From: an archaeon
GTDB taxonomy: Archaea > Iainarchaeota > Iainarchaeia > Iainarchaeales > 1-14-0-10-31-34
NCBI GenBank assembly: GCA_024277355.1
Contig: JAJRVL010000001.1
Span: 30,001-62,000 of the forward strand
DNA length: 32,000 nt
Direction: 5' to 3'
Position numbers and translations under genes: made by a program
Shown here: piece by piece, positions 9,774 through 18,989 of the stretch
Numbering within the stretch: position 1 is the first letter of the stretch
Layout: each line of letters begins with the position of its first letter
Notes under the pieces: model-generated
What the model was told of the DNA's origin: nothing
What the model saw: only the letters and a program-made list of their open reading frames with translations
The model's database searches: none

Positions 9774-10256
9774 TCACTCCTTTTCTTCAATTTTTTTAAT
9801 TATTTTTGCAGGGTTTCCTGCTATAATTACATTAGATGGAACGTCTTTTGTTACAACAGAACCAGCTCCAACAATAGAATTTTCGCCTATTGTTATGCCT
9901 CCTAAAATAGTTGCATTGCTTCCAATTGAAGCTCTTTTTTTAATTAAAGTTTTAACTACCTTCCAGTCTTCTTCTGTCTGCAAGCTTCCGTCTTTGTTTA
10001 CTGCTCTAGGATATAAATCATTGATAAACATTACGCCATGCCCAATAAAAACACCATCTTCAATTGTAACGCCTTCGCAAATAAAAGAATGAGAACTAAT
10101 TTTACAGTCTTTTCCAATAAAAGCATTTTTTTGTATTTCAACAAAAGCTCCTATTTTAGTGTTGTCTCCTATGGTACATCCATATAAATTAGCAAAACAA
10201 AACACTCTTGTATTTTTTCTTAATTTAACATTATTTGTTCTGATGTATTCTTCCAA
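9774..10256 (-). CDS. Left-handed beta-helix (hexapeptide) N-/O-acetyltransferase (WbpD/WlbB-like)
   Basis: Hexapeptide repeats (TIGDNTKIGAFVEIQKNAFIGKDCKISSHSFICEGVTIEDGVFIGHGVMFINDLYPRA...); TTG start preceded by GGTG. Confidence 0.88.
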   Translation of the reverse strand: MEEYIRTNNVKLRKNTRVFCFANLYGCTIGDNTKIGAFVEIQKNAFIGKDCKISSHSFICEGVTIEDGVFIGHGVMFINDLYPRAVNKDGSLQTEEDWKVVKTLIKKRASIGSNATILGGITIGENSIVGAGSVVTKDVPSNVIIAGNPAKIIKKIEEKE

Positions 10257-10343
10257 TTTCCCACCAAAAAAAGCCTATTGAAAATCTACTGTTTTTAAGT
10301 TATTTTAAAGTTATCTGTAACAAAAAGAAAAATCATTAATAAG

Positions 10344-10369
10344 CTGTTTTTGGTACAAACCTAAAACAG
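10344..10369. promoter_or_regulatory. 26-bp imperfect inverted repeat in divergent intergenic region (candidate operator or structured element)
   Basis: CTGTTTTTGGTACAAACCTAAAACAG; 10 of the 11 outer base pairs are complementary (CTGTTTT-t-GGT / ACC-t-AAAACAG). Confidence 0.5.
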
Positions 10370-10418
10370 GATCATTAAAATAAATATCTGAATTTAATAT
10401 ATAAAAAAAGTGAAAAAA

Positions 10419-11054
10419 ATGAGTTATTATACTGAAAAACAATTTACAAAAAAAACACAAGACACAGCAGAAACAAGTGTTTTATTTAATACATATTTTT
10501 CTGAAATAAAAGGAAAAATACTTGAAGCCGGATGCAGTGTCGGAAGCTTTCTTTCTCTTTCTCCAGAAAAAATTGAAGGAGTAGATTTTGACGAAACATC
10601 AGTTAATATCTGCAAAAAAAAAGGATTAAATGCAAAAAAAATGGATTTAACAAAAAAACTTGACTACAAAGATGAAACATTTGATGCAGTTTTTTCTTCT
10701 TATGTAATTGAACACATCGAAAAGCCGTTGCCAATGATAAAAGAATTAAGAAGAATCATAAAAAAAAATGGCAAATTAGTAATAATGACTAATGACTGGC
10801 TTAAAACTTTTGACAGAAATTTTTATGACGATTATACTCATGTAAGGCCTTTTACTAAACAGTCATTTAAGCATTTGGCTTATGACGCCGGCTTTAGGAA
10901 TTTTTTTGTTGAACACGAAGGAAAAAGCTTCAAAGGATTAGGTTTTCTTATAAGAAAAGGATTAATTAAAACAAAACATGCAATTGCATTGCAAAAATTT
11001 CTCAGATTTATTGGAATAACAAACAACACAATTGTTTTAGTGGCATTTAAATAA
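10419..11054 (+). CDS. Class I SAM-dependent methyltransferase
   Basis: GKILEAGCSVGSFLSLSPEKIEGVDFDE; FDAVFSSYVIEHIEKPLPMIKELRRIIKKNGKLVIMTND. ATG at 10419 is preferred over the GTG at 10410. Confidence 0.85.
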   Translation: MSYYTEKQFTKKTQDTAETSVLFNTYFSEIKGKILEAGCSVGSFLSLSPEKIEGVDFDETSVNICKKKGLNAKKMDLTKKLDYKDETFDAVFSSYVIEHIEKPLPMIKELRRIIKKNGKLVIMTNDWLKTFDRNFYDDYTHVRPFTKQSFKHLAYDAGFRNFFVEHEGKSFKGLGFLIRKGLIKTKHAIALQKFLRFIGITNNTIVLVAFK

Positions 11055-11056
11055 AA

Positions 11057-12529
11057 CTATTTATTAATTATTTTTCTAAAAAGAGAAATGTCCTGTTTAT
11101 CAAGTCCTTTAAGAACTCCAAATAAAACAATTGCATAAGCCAAACCGGAAATTAAAAATAAAATAAATATATTTAAATCATAAAAGAAATAAATTAAAGG
11201 AATAATAATTAAACTTGCAATTAAAGGTTTAATTAAAATTTTCAGAATTTCCTTAAAAAAAGAAATAAAACCAAAAAAATATTTTGAAACAAAATACATT
11301 CCTAAAAAGAAAAAAACTATTTGTGAAACAACACTTGCAATTGCTGCTCCCTGAAAATCAAATAAAGGAATCAAAAAAAGATTTAAAATAAAGTTTACTG
11401 CAAAAGACAAAATTACAATATGTAATGCTCTTTTTTCAAATTTAGTTGACTGCAGGGAATTAAGAAAAACAAGGTTAAGGAAATTTAAAACAGAAAACCA
11501 AATTAAAATTGTTAAAGCTGAAGCAGCAGGAGCAAAATTATTTATTTCAGTTGTCGGATAAATTAATTCAATTATTCTTCCTGAAAGAAGAGTAGTAACA
11601 AAAGCTATAGGCAAAACAACAATTAATAAATATTTAAATGACTTTGAAATAACTGTGTTGACTGATTTATTAGATGAAGCAGAAAAAGAAGCCATTACAG
11701 GAAAAATTGCAGACATAAAAGCAGCAGGAATAAAAGAAAGAGTATTAATCAAACGCATTGCAGCACTATAATAGCCTACACTGATATTTCCTTTGAAAAA
11801 AGAAAGCATAACTGAATCCATGTTTGCATAAAAAGACATAAAAACTGCAAGAAAACAAAAAGGCAAACCTGCAATAATTAATTGTTTATATCTTGAAAAA
11901 TTAAATGAAATTTTTGGTTTAATGAATTTTTTTATTACAATAAAAAAACTTAAAATAAAATTAATTACACTTGAAATCAATGCAATGAAAAAAACTTCTT
12001 TTAATCCAAAACCCAAAAAAAGAATTCCAACAGTCAAAACAAAAAGAACTACTTTGTAAACTGTATTTGTAATTAATTCATACTGCATTTCCTGAAAAGC
12101 AAAAAAAATCATTCTGAATAATCCTGCCATTGAATCAAGCAGCAAGGAAATGCCTGCAATCAAAACAAAGAAAACTACAATAAAAGGGTATTCATCTGGA
12201 TTAAAAAAATGAAAAGACAAAATTGAAATAAAAATTACTAATAAAACAAACAAAAACAAACCTAATTTTACAACAAACGCATCTCCCAATAATTCTGCTG
12301 CCTTGCTTTTGTCTTTAGCTATTTCCCTGAAAATAAAAGTTCCAACACCTAAATCTCCAAAAATAGTAAACATTAAAACAAAAGAAAAAGCAAAAGAATA
12401 AACTCCAAAATCCCCTATCCCTAAAAATTGCGCTAAATAAATTACCATTACAAGAGACAAAAATTTCTGGATTAATGTTCCAATACTTAAAAAAGAAACA
12501 TTTTTTCCTATTTTTCTTGCAGTGCTCAT
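11057..12529 (-). CDS. Oligosaccharide/polysaccharide flippase (Wzx-like, MOP superfamily)
   Basis: About 490 aa polytopic membrane protein; MSTARKIGKNVSFLSIGTLIQKFLSLVMVIYLAQFLGIGDFGVYSFAFSFVLMFTIFGDLGVGTFIFREIAKDKSKA is the typical N-terminus. Confidence 0.88.
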   Translation of the reverse strand: MSTARKIGKNVSFLSIGTLIQKFLSLVMVIYLAQFLGIGDFGVYSFAFSFVLMFTIFGDLGVGTFIFREIAKDKSKAAELLGDAFVVKLGLFLFVLLVIFISILSFHFFNPDEYPFIVVFFVLIAGISLLLDSMAGLFRMIFFAFQEMQYELITNTVYKVVLFVLTVGILFLGFGLKEVFFIALISSVINFILSFFIVIKKFIKPKISFNFSRYKQLIIAGLPFCFLAVFMSFYANMDSVMLSFFKGNISVGYYSAAMRLINTLSFIPAAFMSAIFPVMASFSASSNKSVNTVISKSFKYLLIVVLPIAFVTTLLSGRIIELIYPTTEINNFAPAASALTILIWFSVLNFLNLVFLNSLQSTKFEKRALHIVILSFAVNFILNLFLIPLFDFQGAAIASVVSQIVFFFLGMYFVSKYFFGFISFFKEILKILIKPLIASLIIIPLIYFFYDLNIFILFLISGLAYAIVLFGVLKGLDKQDISLFRKIINK

Positions 12530-12688
12530 AAAAAAAACCAAATTGAATAAATAAAGACATACAGGGTTTAATTAAAATATCATCGAAAATTCTTTATTAA
12601 AGGGTTTTTTGGTACAAAAATAAATCAAATAATTAAGTTATTTAAAATGTTGCAGGAATAAATAAATAAACTGATTTTAAGTGATTAA

Positions 12689-13954
12689 ATGGAAAAAGCA
12701 ATAAAAATACAAAAATGCAGAGTATGCGGAAAAGAAAAGTTAATTGAAATTCTTTCTTTAGGAGAACAATATGTATCAGATTTTGTTGATTCAGAAACTA
12801 ATAAACCTAAAATTCCTTTAGAATTAATTTTATGCGATGTAAATTCAGGAGGATGCGGTCTTTTGCAGTTAAGACATACAACTCCTTCAAGTTTAATGTA
12901 TCATAATTACTGGTATAGATCCGGAATGAATCAAACAATGACTTTAGCTTTAGCTGACATAACAAAAAAAGCAGAAGAAATAATTTCATTAAAAGAAAAC
13001 GATTTAGTTTTAGACATTGGATGCAATGACGGCACTTTACTTAGAAGTTACCAGACAAAAAAATTAAAATTAACTGGATTTGACCCTGCAAAAAATTTAC
13101 TAAAATATTCAAGAGAAGGAACAACAAAAATCATAAATAATTTTTTTAATGCAGAAGAATTTGAAAAAGAATTCGGAGAAAAAAAAGCAAAAATAATTAC
13201 AAGCATTGCAATGTTTTATGATTTAGATAAACCAAATGATTTTGTTGCAGACATAAAAAAAGTTTTAGATAAAGAAGGTTTATGGATTATTCAGATGAGT
13301 TATCTGCCTTTAATGTTAGAACAAACTGCATTTGACAACATCTGCCATGAACACTTAGAATATTATTCTTTAACTTCATTAGAAAACCTGCTTAAAATGC
13401 ATGACATGGAAGTAATTGGAGCAGAATTAAATGACGTAAACGGAGGAAGCTACAGAGTTTATATTAAACATAAAGGCAGTTCAGTTAAAGCAAAAGAAAA
13501 AGAAACACAACAATTACTTGAATTAAAGGAATACGAAAAAAAATTAGGATTAGAAAATACAAAACCTTATGAAGAATTTGCAGACAGAGTTTTAAAAATA
13601 AAAACAGAATTAACTGAATTTATTAAAAATGAAAATTCAAATGGAAAAAAAATTTATGTTTACGGCGCATCAACTAAAGGAAACACTTTGCTTCAGTTTT
13701 TTGGATTAAACAACAAATTAATTAAAGCTGCAGCAGAAAGAAATCCTGATAAATTTGGAAAAAAAACTATTGGAACTTTAATTCCAATTATTTCAGAAGA
13801 ACAAGCAAGAAAAGAAAAACCAGATTATTTCCTTGTACTGCCGTGGCATTTTATGAAAGAATTCAGAGAAAGAGAAAAACAATATTTTGAACAAGGAGGA
13901 AAATTTATTGCACCTGCACCTGAATTCAAAATAATAGGAAAAGACTCTGAATGA
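12689..13954 (+). CDS. TylCIII/NovU-like NDP-sugar C-methyltransferase (N-terminal zinc-binding, SAM, C-terminal domains)
   Basis: CRVCGKEKLIEILSLGEQYVSDFV ... CDVNSGGCGLLQLRHTTPSSLMYHNYWYRSGMNQTM; VLDIGCNDGTLLRSY; YGASTKGNTLLQFFGL C-terminal signature. Confidence 0.9.
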   Translation: MEKAIKIQKCRVCGKEKLIEILSLGEQYVSDFVDSETNKPKIPLELILCDVNSGGCGLLQLRHTTPSSLMYHNYWYRSGMNQTMTLALADITKKAEEIISLKENDLVLDIGCNDGTLLRSYQTKKLKLTGFDPAKNLLKYSREGTTKIINNFFNAEEFEKEFGEKKAKIITSIAMFYDLDKPNDFVADIKKVLDKEGLWIIQMSYLPLMLEQTAFDNICHEHLEYYSLTSLENLLKMHDMEVIGAELNDVNGGSYRVYIKHKGSSVKAKEKETQQLLELKEYEKKLGLENTKPYEEFADRVLKIKTELTEFIKNENSNGKKIYVYGASTKGNTLLQFFGLNNKLIKAAAERNPDKFGKKTIGTLIPIISEEQARKEKPDYFLVLPWHFMKEFREREKQYFEQGGKFIAPAPEFKIIGKDSE

Positions 13955-15036
13955 AAGTTTTATTAATTTCTGATTTTGCGTTTCCGGTTAAAGCAGGAAC
14001 TGAAAGACTTGTTTTTGGAGCAGCTGAATGGCTGAACAAAAACGGAATTAAAACAGACATTTTAACTCCAAACTGGAACAACCTAAAAGAAAAAGAAACA
14101 CAAAAAGGAGTAAATATTTACAGATTTAAAACTCATTCAATTCATAACACTAATCCCCTAAAAAGAATTCATAATTATATTTCAGCAGGAAAAAAACTTG
14201 AAAAATATGATGTTTACCATGCATTTTATACAATGCCTCCGTTAATTTCAGCAGTAAGACTTGCAGGAAAAATGAAATCAAAATCAGTTATAACTTTTTT
14301 TGGAAGAGAACAATTAGAAAAAAATTTATCTAATCCAGTCAAAAAAATGGTTTTATTAAACCAGTTAAAAAAAGCAGATAAAATTACAACTTATACATGG
14401 AACTTAGAAAAGTACATGAAAAAAAAATATTTCCAGAAAAAAAAGATTACTACTTTACAGGGATGGGCTGAAGAAAAATTCCAGAAAAAAGAATATAAAA
14501 AACCAAAAGAAAAAATTATTTTATTTGTCGGAAGAATAGATAAAAGCAAAGGAATTTTTGTTCTGCTTGATGCATTTGAAAAAATAAAAGATAAAGTTAA
14601 TGCAAAACTGGTTTTTGCAGGCCCTCCTTATGAAAAAGAAAAATTAAAGAAAAAAATTAAAGAAAAAAAAATGGAAAAAGAAACTGAAATATTAGGTTTT
14701 GTTTCAGACAAAAAATTAAATGAATTATACTGCTTAAGTGAAACAGTTGTTGTTCCTGCATTGCATGGAGATGCATTTGGATTAAGTTTAATGGAAGCAG
14801 TAGTATTAGGAAAACCGGTTATTTGTACTGATTCAGTTGGTTCTCCTGACAAAGAAAAAGATAAAGAATTGATTGTTGAAAGAAATAATTCAGATGAATT
14901 AGCTTTAGTTCTTGAAAAACTATTGTCAGACAAAAAGTTTTATGAAAAAGCAGTTAAAGTTTCAGAAAAAAGAGCAAAACTATTTGAAAAAAACAAAGTA
15001 ATGAAAAAATATATTAAAATTTACAAAGAATTATAA
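13951..15036 (+). CDS. Glycosyltransferase family 4
   Basis: MKVLLISDFAFPVKAGTERLVFGAAEWL; VGRIDKSKGIFVLLDAFEKI; GDAFGLSLMEAVVLGKPVICTDSVG. Confidence 0.88.
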   Translation: MKVLLISDFAFPVKAGTERLVFGAAEWLNKNGIKTDILTPNWNNLKEKETQKGVNIYRFKTHSIHNTNPLKRIHNYISAGKKLEKYDVYHAFYTMPPLISAVRLAGKMKSKSVITFFGREQLEKNLSNPVKKMVLLNQLKKADKITTYTWNLEKYMKKKYFQKKKITTLQGWAEEKFQKKEYKKPKEKIILFVGRIDKSKGIFVLLDAFEKIKDKVNAKLVFAGPPYEKEKLKKKIKEKKMEKETEILGFVSDKKLNELYCLSETVVVPALHGDAFGLSLMEAVVLGKPVICTDSVGSPDKEKDKELIVERNNSDELALVLEKLLSDKKFYEKAVKVSEKRAKLFEKNKVMKKYIKIYKEL

Positions 15037-15743
15037 TTCTTGTTTTTGACTAATTGAGCTGCATGAAATAATGATTCAAATGTTCCTGCATCACTCCAAT
15101 AACCTTTCAAAAAATTTGCTTTTAATTTTCCTTTTTTAATAAAAGCATTATTTACATCAGTTATTTCTAATTCATTTCTTCCTGAAGGCTTTAAAGTTTT
15201 AATTATCTGAAATACTTCTGAAGAATACATGTAAATTCCGGTTACAGCAAAATTACTTTTTGGTTTTTTTGGTTTTTCTTCAATTGAAACAACTTTTTTT
15301 TCTTTTAAGTCTGCTACTCCAAATCTTTCAGGTTTATCAACTTCTTTTAAAAAAATAAAAGCTGAATCATCTTTTTCAAATTGTTCAGCATAATTTTTAA
15401 TTGAATCTTCAATTATATTATCACCTAAAACAACAATTATTTTTTCTTTATCAGCAAATTTTTCTGCCAAAGATAAAGCCTGTGCAATTCCTCCTGCTTT
15501 ATCCTGAATTTCATAAGTTAATCTTACATTAAATTCTTCTCCTGAACCTAAAAGTTTAAGAAAACCTCCGGCATGTTCTTTTCCTGAAACAATTAAAATA
15601 TCTTTTATTCCTGCGTCAATTAAAGTCTTTAAAGGATAATAAATCATTGGCTTGTCATACACAGGAAGCAGATGTTTATTTGTAACTTTAGTTAAAGGAT
15701 ATAAACGGGAACCAGTGCCTCCTGCTAAAATTACTCCTTTCAT
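15021..15743 (-). CDS. rmlA: Glucose-1-phosphate thymidylyltransferase-like (short form)
   Basis: MKGVILAGGTGSRLYPLTKVTNKHLLPVYDKPMIYYPLKTLIDAGI; VVLGDNIIED; VTGIYMYSSEVFQIIKTLKPSGRNELEITDVNNAFI. Confidence 0.9.
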   Translation of the reverse strand: MKGVILAGGTGSRLYPLTKVTNKHLLPVYDKPMIYYPLKTLIDAGIKDILIVSGKEHAGGFLKLLGSGEEFNVRLTYEIQDKAGGIAQALSLAEKFADKEKIIVVLGDNIIEDSIKNYAEQFEKDDSAFIFLKEVDKPERFGVADLKEKKVVSIEEKPKKPKSNFAVTGIYMYSSEVFQIIKTLKPSGRNELEITDVNNAFIKKGKLKANFLKGYWSDAGTFESLFHAAQLVKNKNYNSL

Positions 15744-16618
15744 TTTTCCATCTCTTTTTTCAGTTTAATTAAACCTTCTTCAACCGAACTCATTTTAATT
15801 CCCTGCAATTGAATCTTTGCTGTACTCAAAGAAGAATTTATCGGCCGTTTTGCTTTCCAATGAGGAATTGATTCAACTTCTTTAATTAAAGAAGAATCTA
15901 AATTAAAAATTTTACAGGTTTTTTCAAGCAAAACTTTTTTTGAGCAGGCTTCACTTCCTGTTACATGAAATGTTCCTGAAAAATTTTTTTCAAGCATTAA
16001 ATACATTGCCTCAGCAATATCATCAATTAAAGTAGGGCAATTAATCATTTTTGCAACCAATATTTCCTTGTTTTCTTTTAAAACATCAACTGCATAATTA
16101 ACAAAAGTTTTTTTGTCTTCTTTTGAATTAAAGCCATGCAAAGCTGAAACTCTTGCAATTAAATAATCATTTAACCCCTGAACTATTTGTTCTCCTTGAA
16201 CTTTTGTTTTGCCGTAAAAATTAACTGGATGAACTTTGTCTTTTTCAGTGTAATTTCCTTTTATGCCGTTAAAAACATAATCAGTTGAAAAAAAAACTAA
16301 TTTTGAATTAAACGCCCTGCAAGCATCAACAACATTTCTTGTCCCTTCAACATTAACTTCAAAAGCATTTTTTTGTTCTGCTTCACATAATTCAACATTA
16401 GTTATTCCTGCAGGCAAAAAAACTATATCAGGGTTTAAATCTTTAAATAAATAAATCATTGATTTTTCATCAGTAATATCCAGAGAATAATCAGATTTTT
16501 CTTCTATTCCTCCAGTAATTATTTTAATTCCTTTTTCTTTGAAAACAGAAACAATTTTTTTTCCAAGAAATCCGTTTCCAATTAAGAAAATTACTTTTTC
16601 TTTAATGGATTCCACCAC
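15740..16618 (-). CDS. rmlD: dTDP-4-dehydrorhamnose reductase-like
   Basis: IFLIGNGFLGKKIVSVFKEKGI; LVFFSTDYVFNGIKGNYTEKDKVHPVNFYGKTKVQGE; partially overlaps rmlB. Confidence 0.85.
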   Translation of the reverse strand: MVESIKEKVIFLIGNGFLGKKIVSVFKEKGIKIITGGIEEKSDYSLDITDEKSMIYLFKDLNPDIVFLPAGITNVELCEAEQKNAFEVNVEGTRNVVDACRAFNSKLVFFSTDYVFNGIKGNYTEKDKVHPVNFYGKTKVQGEQIVQGLNDYLIARVSALHGFNSKEDKKTFVNYAVDVLKENKEILVAKMINCPTLIDDIAEAMYLMLEKNFSGTFHVTGSEACSKKVLLEKTCKIFNLDSSLIKEVESIPHWKAKRPINSSLSTAKIQLQGIKMSSVEEGLIKLKKEMEK

Positions 16619-17547
16619 CAGGAATTCTCTTTATACCAGTTAATTGTTTCTTTTAATTCTTCTTCAAAAGAATATTCAGGTTTAAAACCTAAAGCATTAA
16701 TTTTATCGCAATTTAAAGCATATCTTTTATCATGGCCTTTTCTATCTTCAACAAATTCAATGAATTCTTTTCCCTTTCCTAATTCATTTAAAATAAATTC
16801 AGTTATTTCTAAATTTGTTCTTTCATTTTTTCCCCCAACATTATAGGTTTCTCCTTTTTTTCCTTTTTCCATTACTTTAATTACAGCAGAACAATTATCT
16901 TTAACATAAATCCAGTCTCTTACATTTAATCCATTTCCATAAACAGGAACTTTTTTTCCTTCCAGTAAATTTGTAATAAATAAAGGAATTAGTTTTTCAG
17001 GAAACTGATTTGGCCCAAAATTATTTGAAGAACGGGTTATTTTAACATTTAAACCATAAGTTTTGAAATAAGAAAAAGCAAGCCTGTCTGCTCCTGCCTT
17101 TGAAGCAGAATAAGGAGAAGAAGGCATTAAAGGACTGTTCTCAAAAAATAATCCTTTGTCAATACTTCCATAAACTTCATCAGTTGAAATCTGAATAAAA
17201 TTCAAGTCATTTTTTCTTGCCTGTTCCAATAAAACAAAAGTTCCAAAAACATCAGTCTGAATAAACTCTTCAGGCTTTTGAATTGAATTATCTACATGAG
17301 ATTCAGCAGCAAAATTAATTATTATATCAGTATTTTTTGAAGCTTTTTCAACTATTTTTTTGTCGCAGACATCCCCTTTAATAAAATTATAATTAGTGTT
17401 TTTTTCTATTTCTTTTAAGTTTTCTAATCTTCCTGCGTAAGTTAATTTATCTAAATTAGTTATTTTTGTTTCAGGAAATAATTCAAAATACTGTTTAATA
17501 AAATTGCTTCCAATAAATCCTGCTCCGCCGGTTACAAGTAAATTCAT
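16591..17547 (-). CDS. rmlB: dTDP-glucose 4,6-dehydratase
   Basis: MNLLVTGGAGFIGSNFIKQYF; NFAAESHVDNSI; FIQISTDEVYGSI; YSASKAGADRLA; NNFGPNQFPEKLIPLF. GGTGGAT upstream supports ATG at 17547. Confidence 0.93.
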   Translation of the reverse strand: MNLLVTGGAGFIGSNFIKQYFELFPETKITNLDKLTYAGRLENLKEIEKNTNYNFIKGDVCDKKIVEKASKNTDIIINFAAESHVDNSIQKPEEFIQTDVFGTFVLLEQARKNDLNFIQISTDEVYGSIDKGLFFENSPLMPSSPYSASKAGADRLAFSYFKTYGLNVKITRSSNNFGPNQFPEKLIPLFITNLLEGKKVPVYGNGLNVRDWIYVKDNCSAVIKVMEKGKKGETYNVGGKNERTNLEITEFILNELGKGKEFIEFVEDRKGHDKRYALNCDKINALGFKPEYSFEEELKETINWYKENSWWWNPLKKK

Positions 17548-17548
17548 T

Positions 17549-18013
17549 TTATCCACCTTTTTTTGCTTTCCATTCAAAATTAATTTCTTTTGAATCAAAA
17601 GGCAGTCTTAATTCATCAGGATTATTGTAATTATAAGTTTTAGTTGGAATATTCAAAATTAATGCTTCTTGGTTGTCAGCTGACTCAAAACCATGCATTA
17701 CATTTCTTGGAATTTTAAGTAAAATACGATTTTCTTCTTTTTCTCCCAACAAAAATTCATTTACTTCATTAAATGTTTCAGAATCCTTTCTTTTGTCACA
17801 TAAAACTACTCTTGCATTTCCTTTAACACAAACAAAATGGTCTGTTTGTTTTTCATGCATATGCCAGCCTTTAGCTGTATTTGGTTTTACACAAGTAATA
17901 TAGACTTGTCCGAACTCCTCAAAGACTTCATCATCATTTCTGAGAATTTCCATTAAATAACCTCGATCATCTTCAATTTTTTTTAGTTTTTTTATTTTAA
18001 TGCCTTTAATCAT
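17549..18013 (-). CDS. dTDP-4-dehydrorhamnose 3,5-epimerase (RmlC)-like cupin
   Basis: KKIEDDRGYLMEILRNDDEVF; GWHMHEKQTDHFVCVKGNARVVLCDKRKDSETFNEV; IPRNVMHGFES; immediately upstream of rmlB. Confidence 0.75.
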   Translation of the reverse strand: MIKGIKIKKLKKIEDDRGYLMEILRNDDEVFEEFGQVYITCVKPNTAKGWHMHEKQTDHFVCVKGNARVVLCDKRKDSETFNEVNEFLLGEKEENRILLKIPRNVMHGFESADNQEALILNIPTKTYNYNNPDELRLPFDSKEINFEWKAKKGG

Positions 18014-18045
18014 TGAACCACAAAAGATAATTAAATGAAATAAAA

Positions 18046-18978
18046 TTAAAAGTTATTCATTTCCTTAAAATAGTCAATTGTCTGCTTTAATCCGTTATTT
18101 AATGAAATTTTCGGCATCCAATTTAATTTTTCTTCTGCCAACGAAATATCAGGTTTTCTTTTTTCAGGGTCATCACTTAAAGCAGATTTAAATTCAATCG
18201 GACTGTTTCCTGCTAATTTCTTTATTTTTTCTGCAAAATCAATAATAGAATATTCTTCAGGATTGCCTAAATTAATCGGCCCTAAAAAATCTGAATTCAT
18301 CATTTTTAAGATTCCATCAATAATGTCAGAAATAAAACAAAAACTTCTTGTTTGTTTACCTGAACCATAAATAGTCAAAGGCTTATTGTTTAAAGCCTGA
18401 AAAATAAAATTTGGAACAACTCTTCCGTCATCAATTCGCATTTTTGGCCCAAAAGTATTAAAGATTCTTACAATTTTTCCTTTAAAACCAAATTGTTTTT
18501 CATAAGATTTAATTAAGGCTTCAGAAAAACGTTTTGATTCATCATAACAGGATCTTTCTCCAACAGGATTAACATTGCCGTAATAAGATTCTTTTTGCGG
18601 ATGCTCTAAAGGGTTGCCGTAAACTTCAGAAGTTGAAGTAAACAAAAATTTTGCTTTATTTTTTACTGCAAGGTCTAATAAATTTTTTGTTCCAATTGAA
18701 CCTGAAAGCATTGTTTCAACTGGTTTTGAAAAATAATCAACAGGAGAAGCCAAAGAAGCTAAATGAAAAACTTCATTAACTTTTTCTTCAAAAACAAAAA
18801 AATTAACATCTTCCTGTAAAAAATGAAAGTTCTTGTTTTCCATTAAATTTTCAATGTTTTTTTTTCTTCCTGATAAAAGATTATCAATACAAAAAACTTC
18901 TTTTTTTTGATTAAGCAAAGCCTCACATAAATGGCTTCCAATAAATCCTGCTCCTCCGGAAACCAAAACTTTATTCAT
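18046..18978 (-). CDS. NAD-dependent epimerase/dehydratase, UDP-glucuronate decarboxylase-like
   Basis: KVLVSGGAGFIGSHLCEALL; LASPVDYFSKPVETMLSGSIGTKNLLDLA; TSEVYGNPLEHPQKESYYGNVNPVGERSCYDESKRFSEAL; NTFGPKMRIDDGRVVPNFI. Confidence 0.87.
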   Translation of the reverse strand: MNKVLVSGGAGFIGSHLCEALLNQKKEVFCIDNLLSGRKKNIENLMENKNFHFLQEDVNFFVFEEKVNEVFHLASLASPVDYFSKPVETMLSGSIGTKNLLDLAVKNKAKFLFTSTSEVYGNPLEHPQKESYYGNVNPVGERSCYDESKRFSEALIKSYEKQFGFKGKIVRIFNTFGPKMRIDDGRVVPNFIFQALNNKPLTIYGSGKQTRSFCFISDIIDGILKMMNSDFLGPINLGNPEEYSIIDFAEKIKKLAGNSPIEFKSALSDDPEKRKPDISLAEEKLNWMPKISLNNGLKQTIDYFKEMNNF

Positions 18979-18989
18979 AAAAAAAATCC

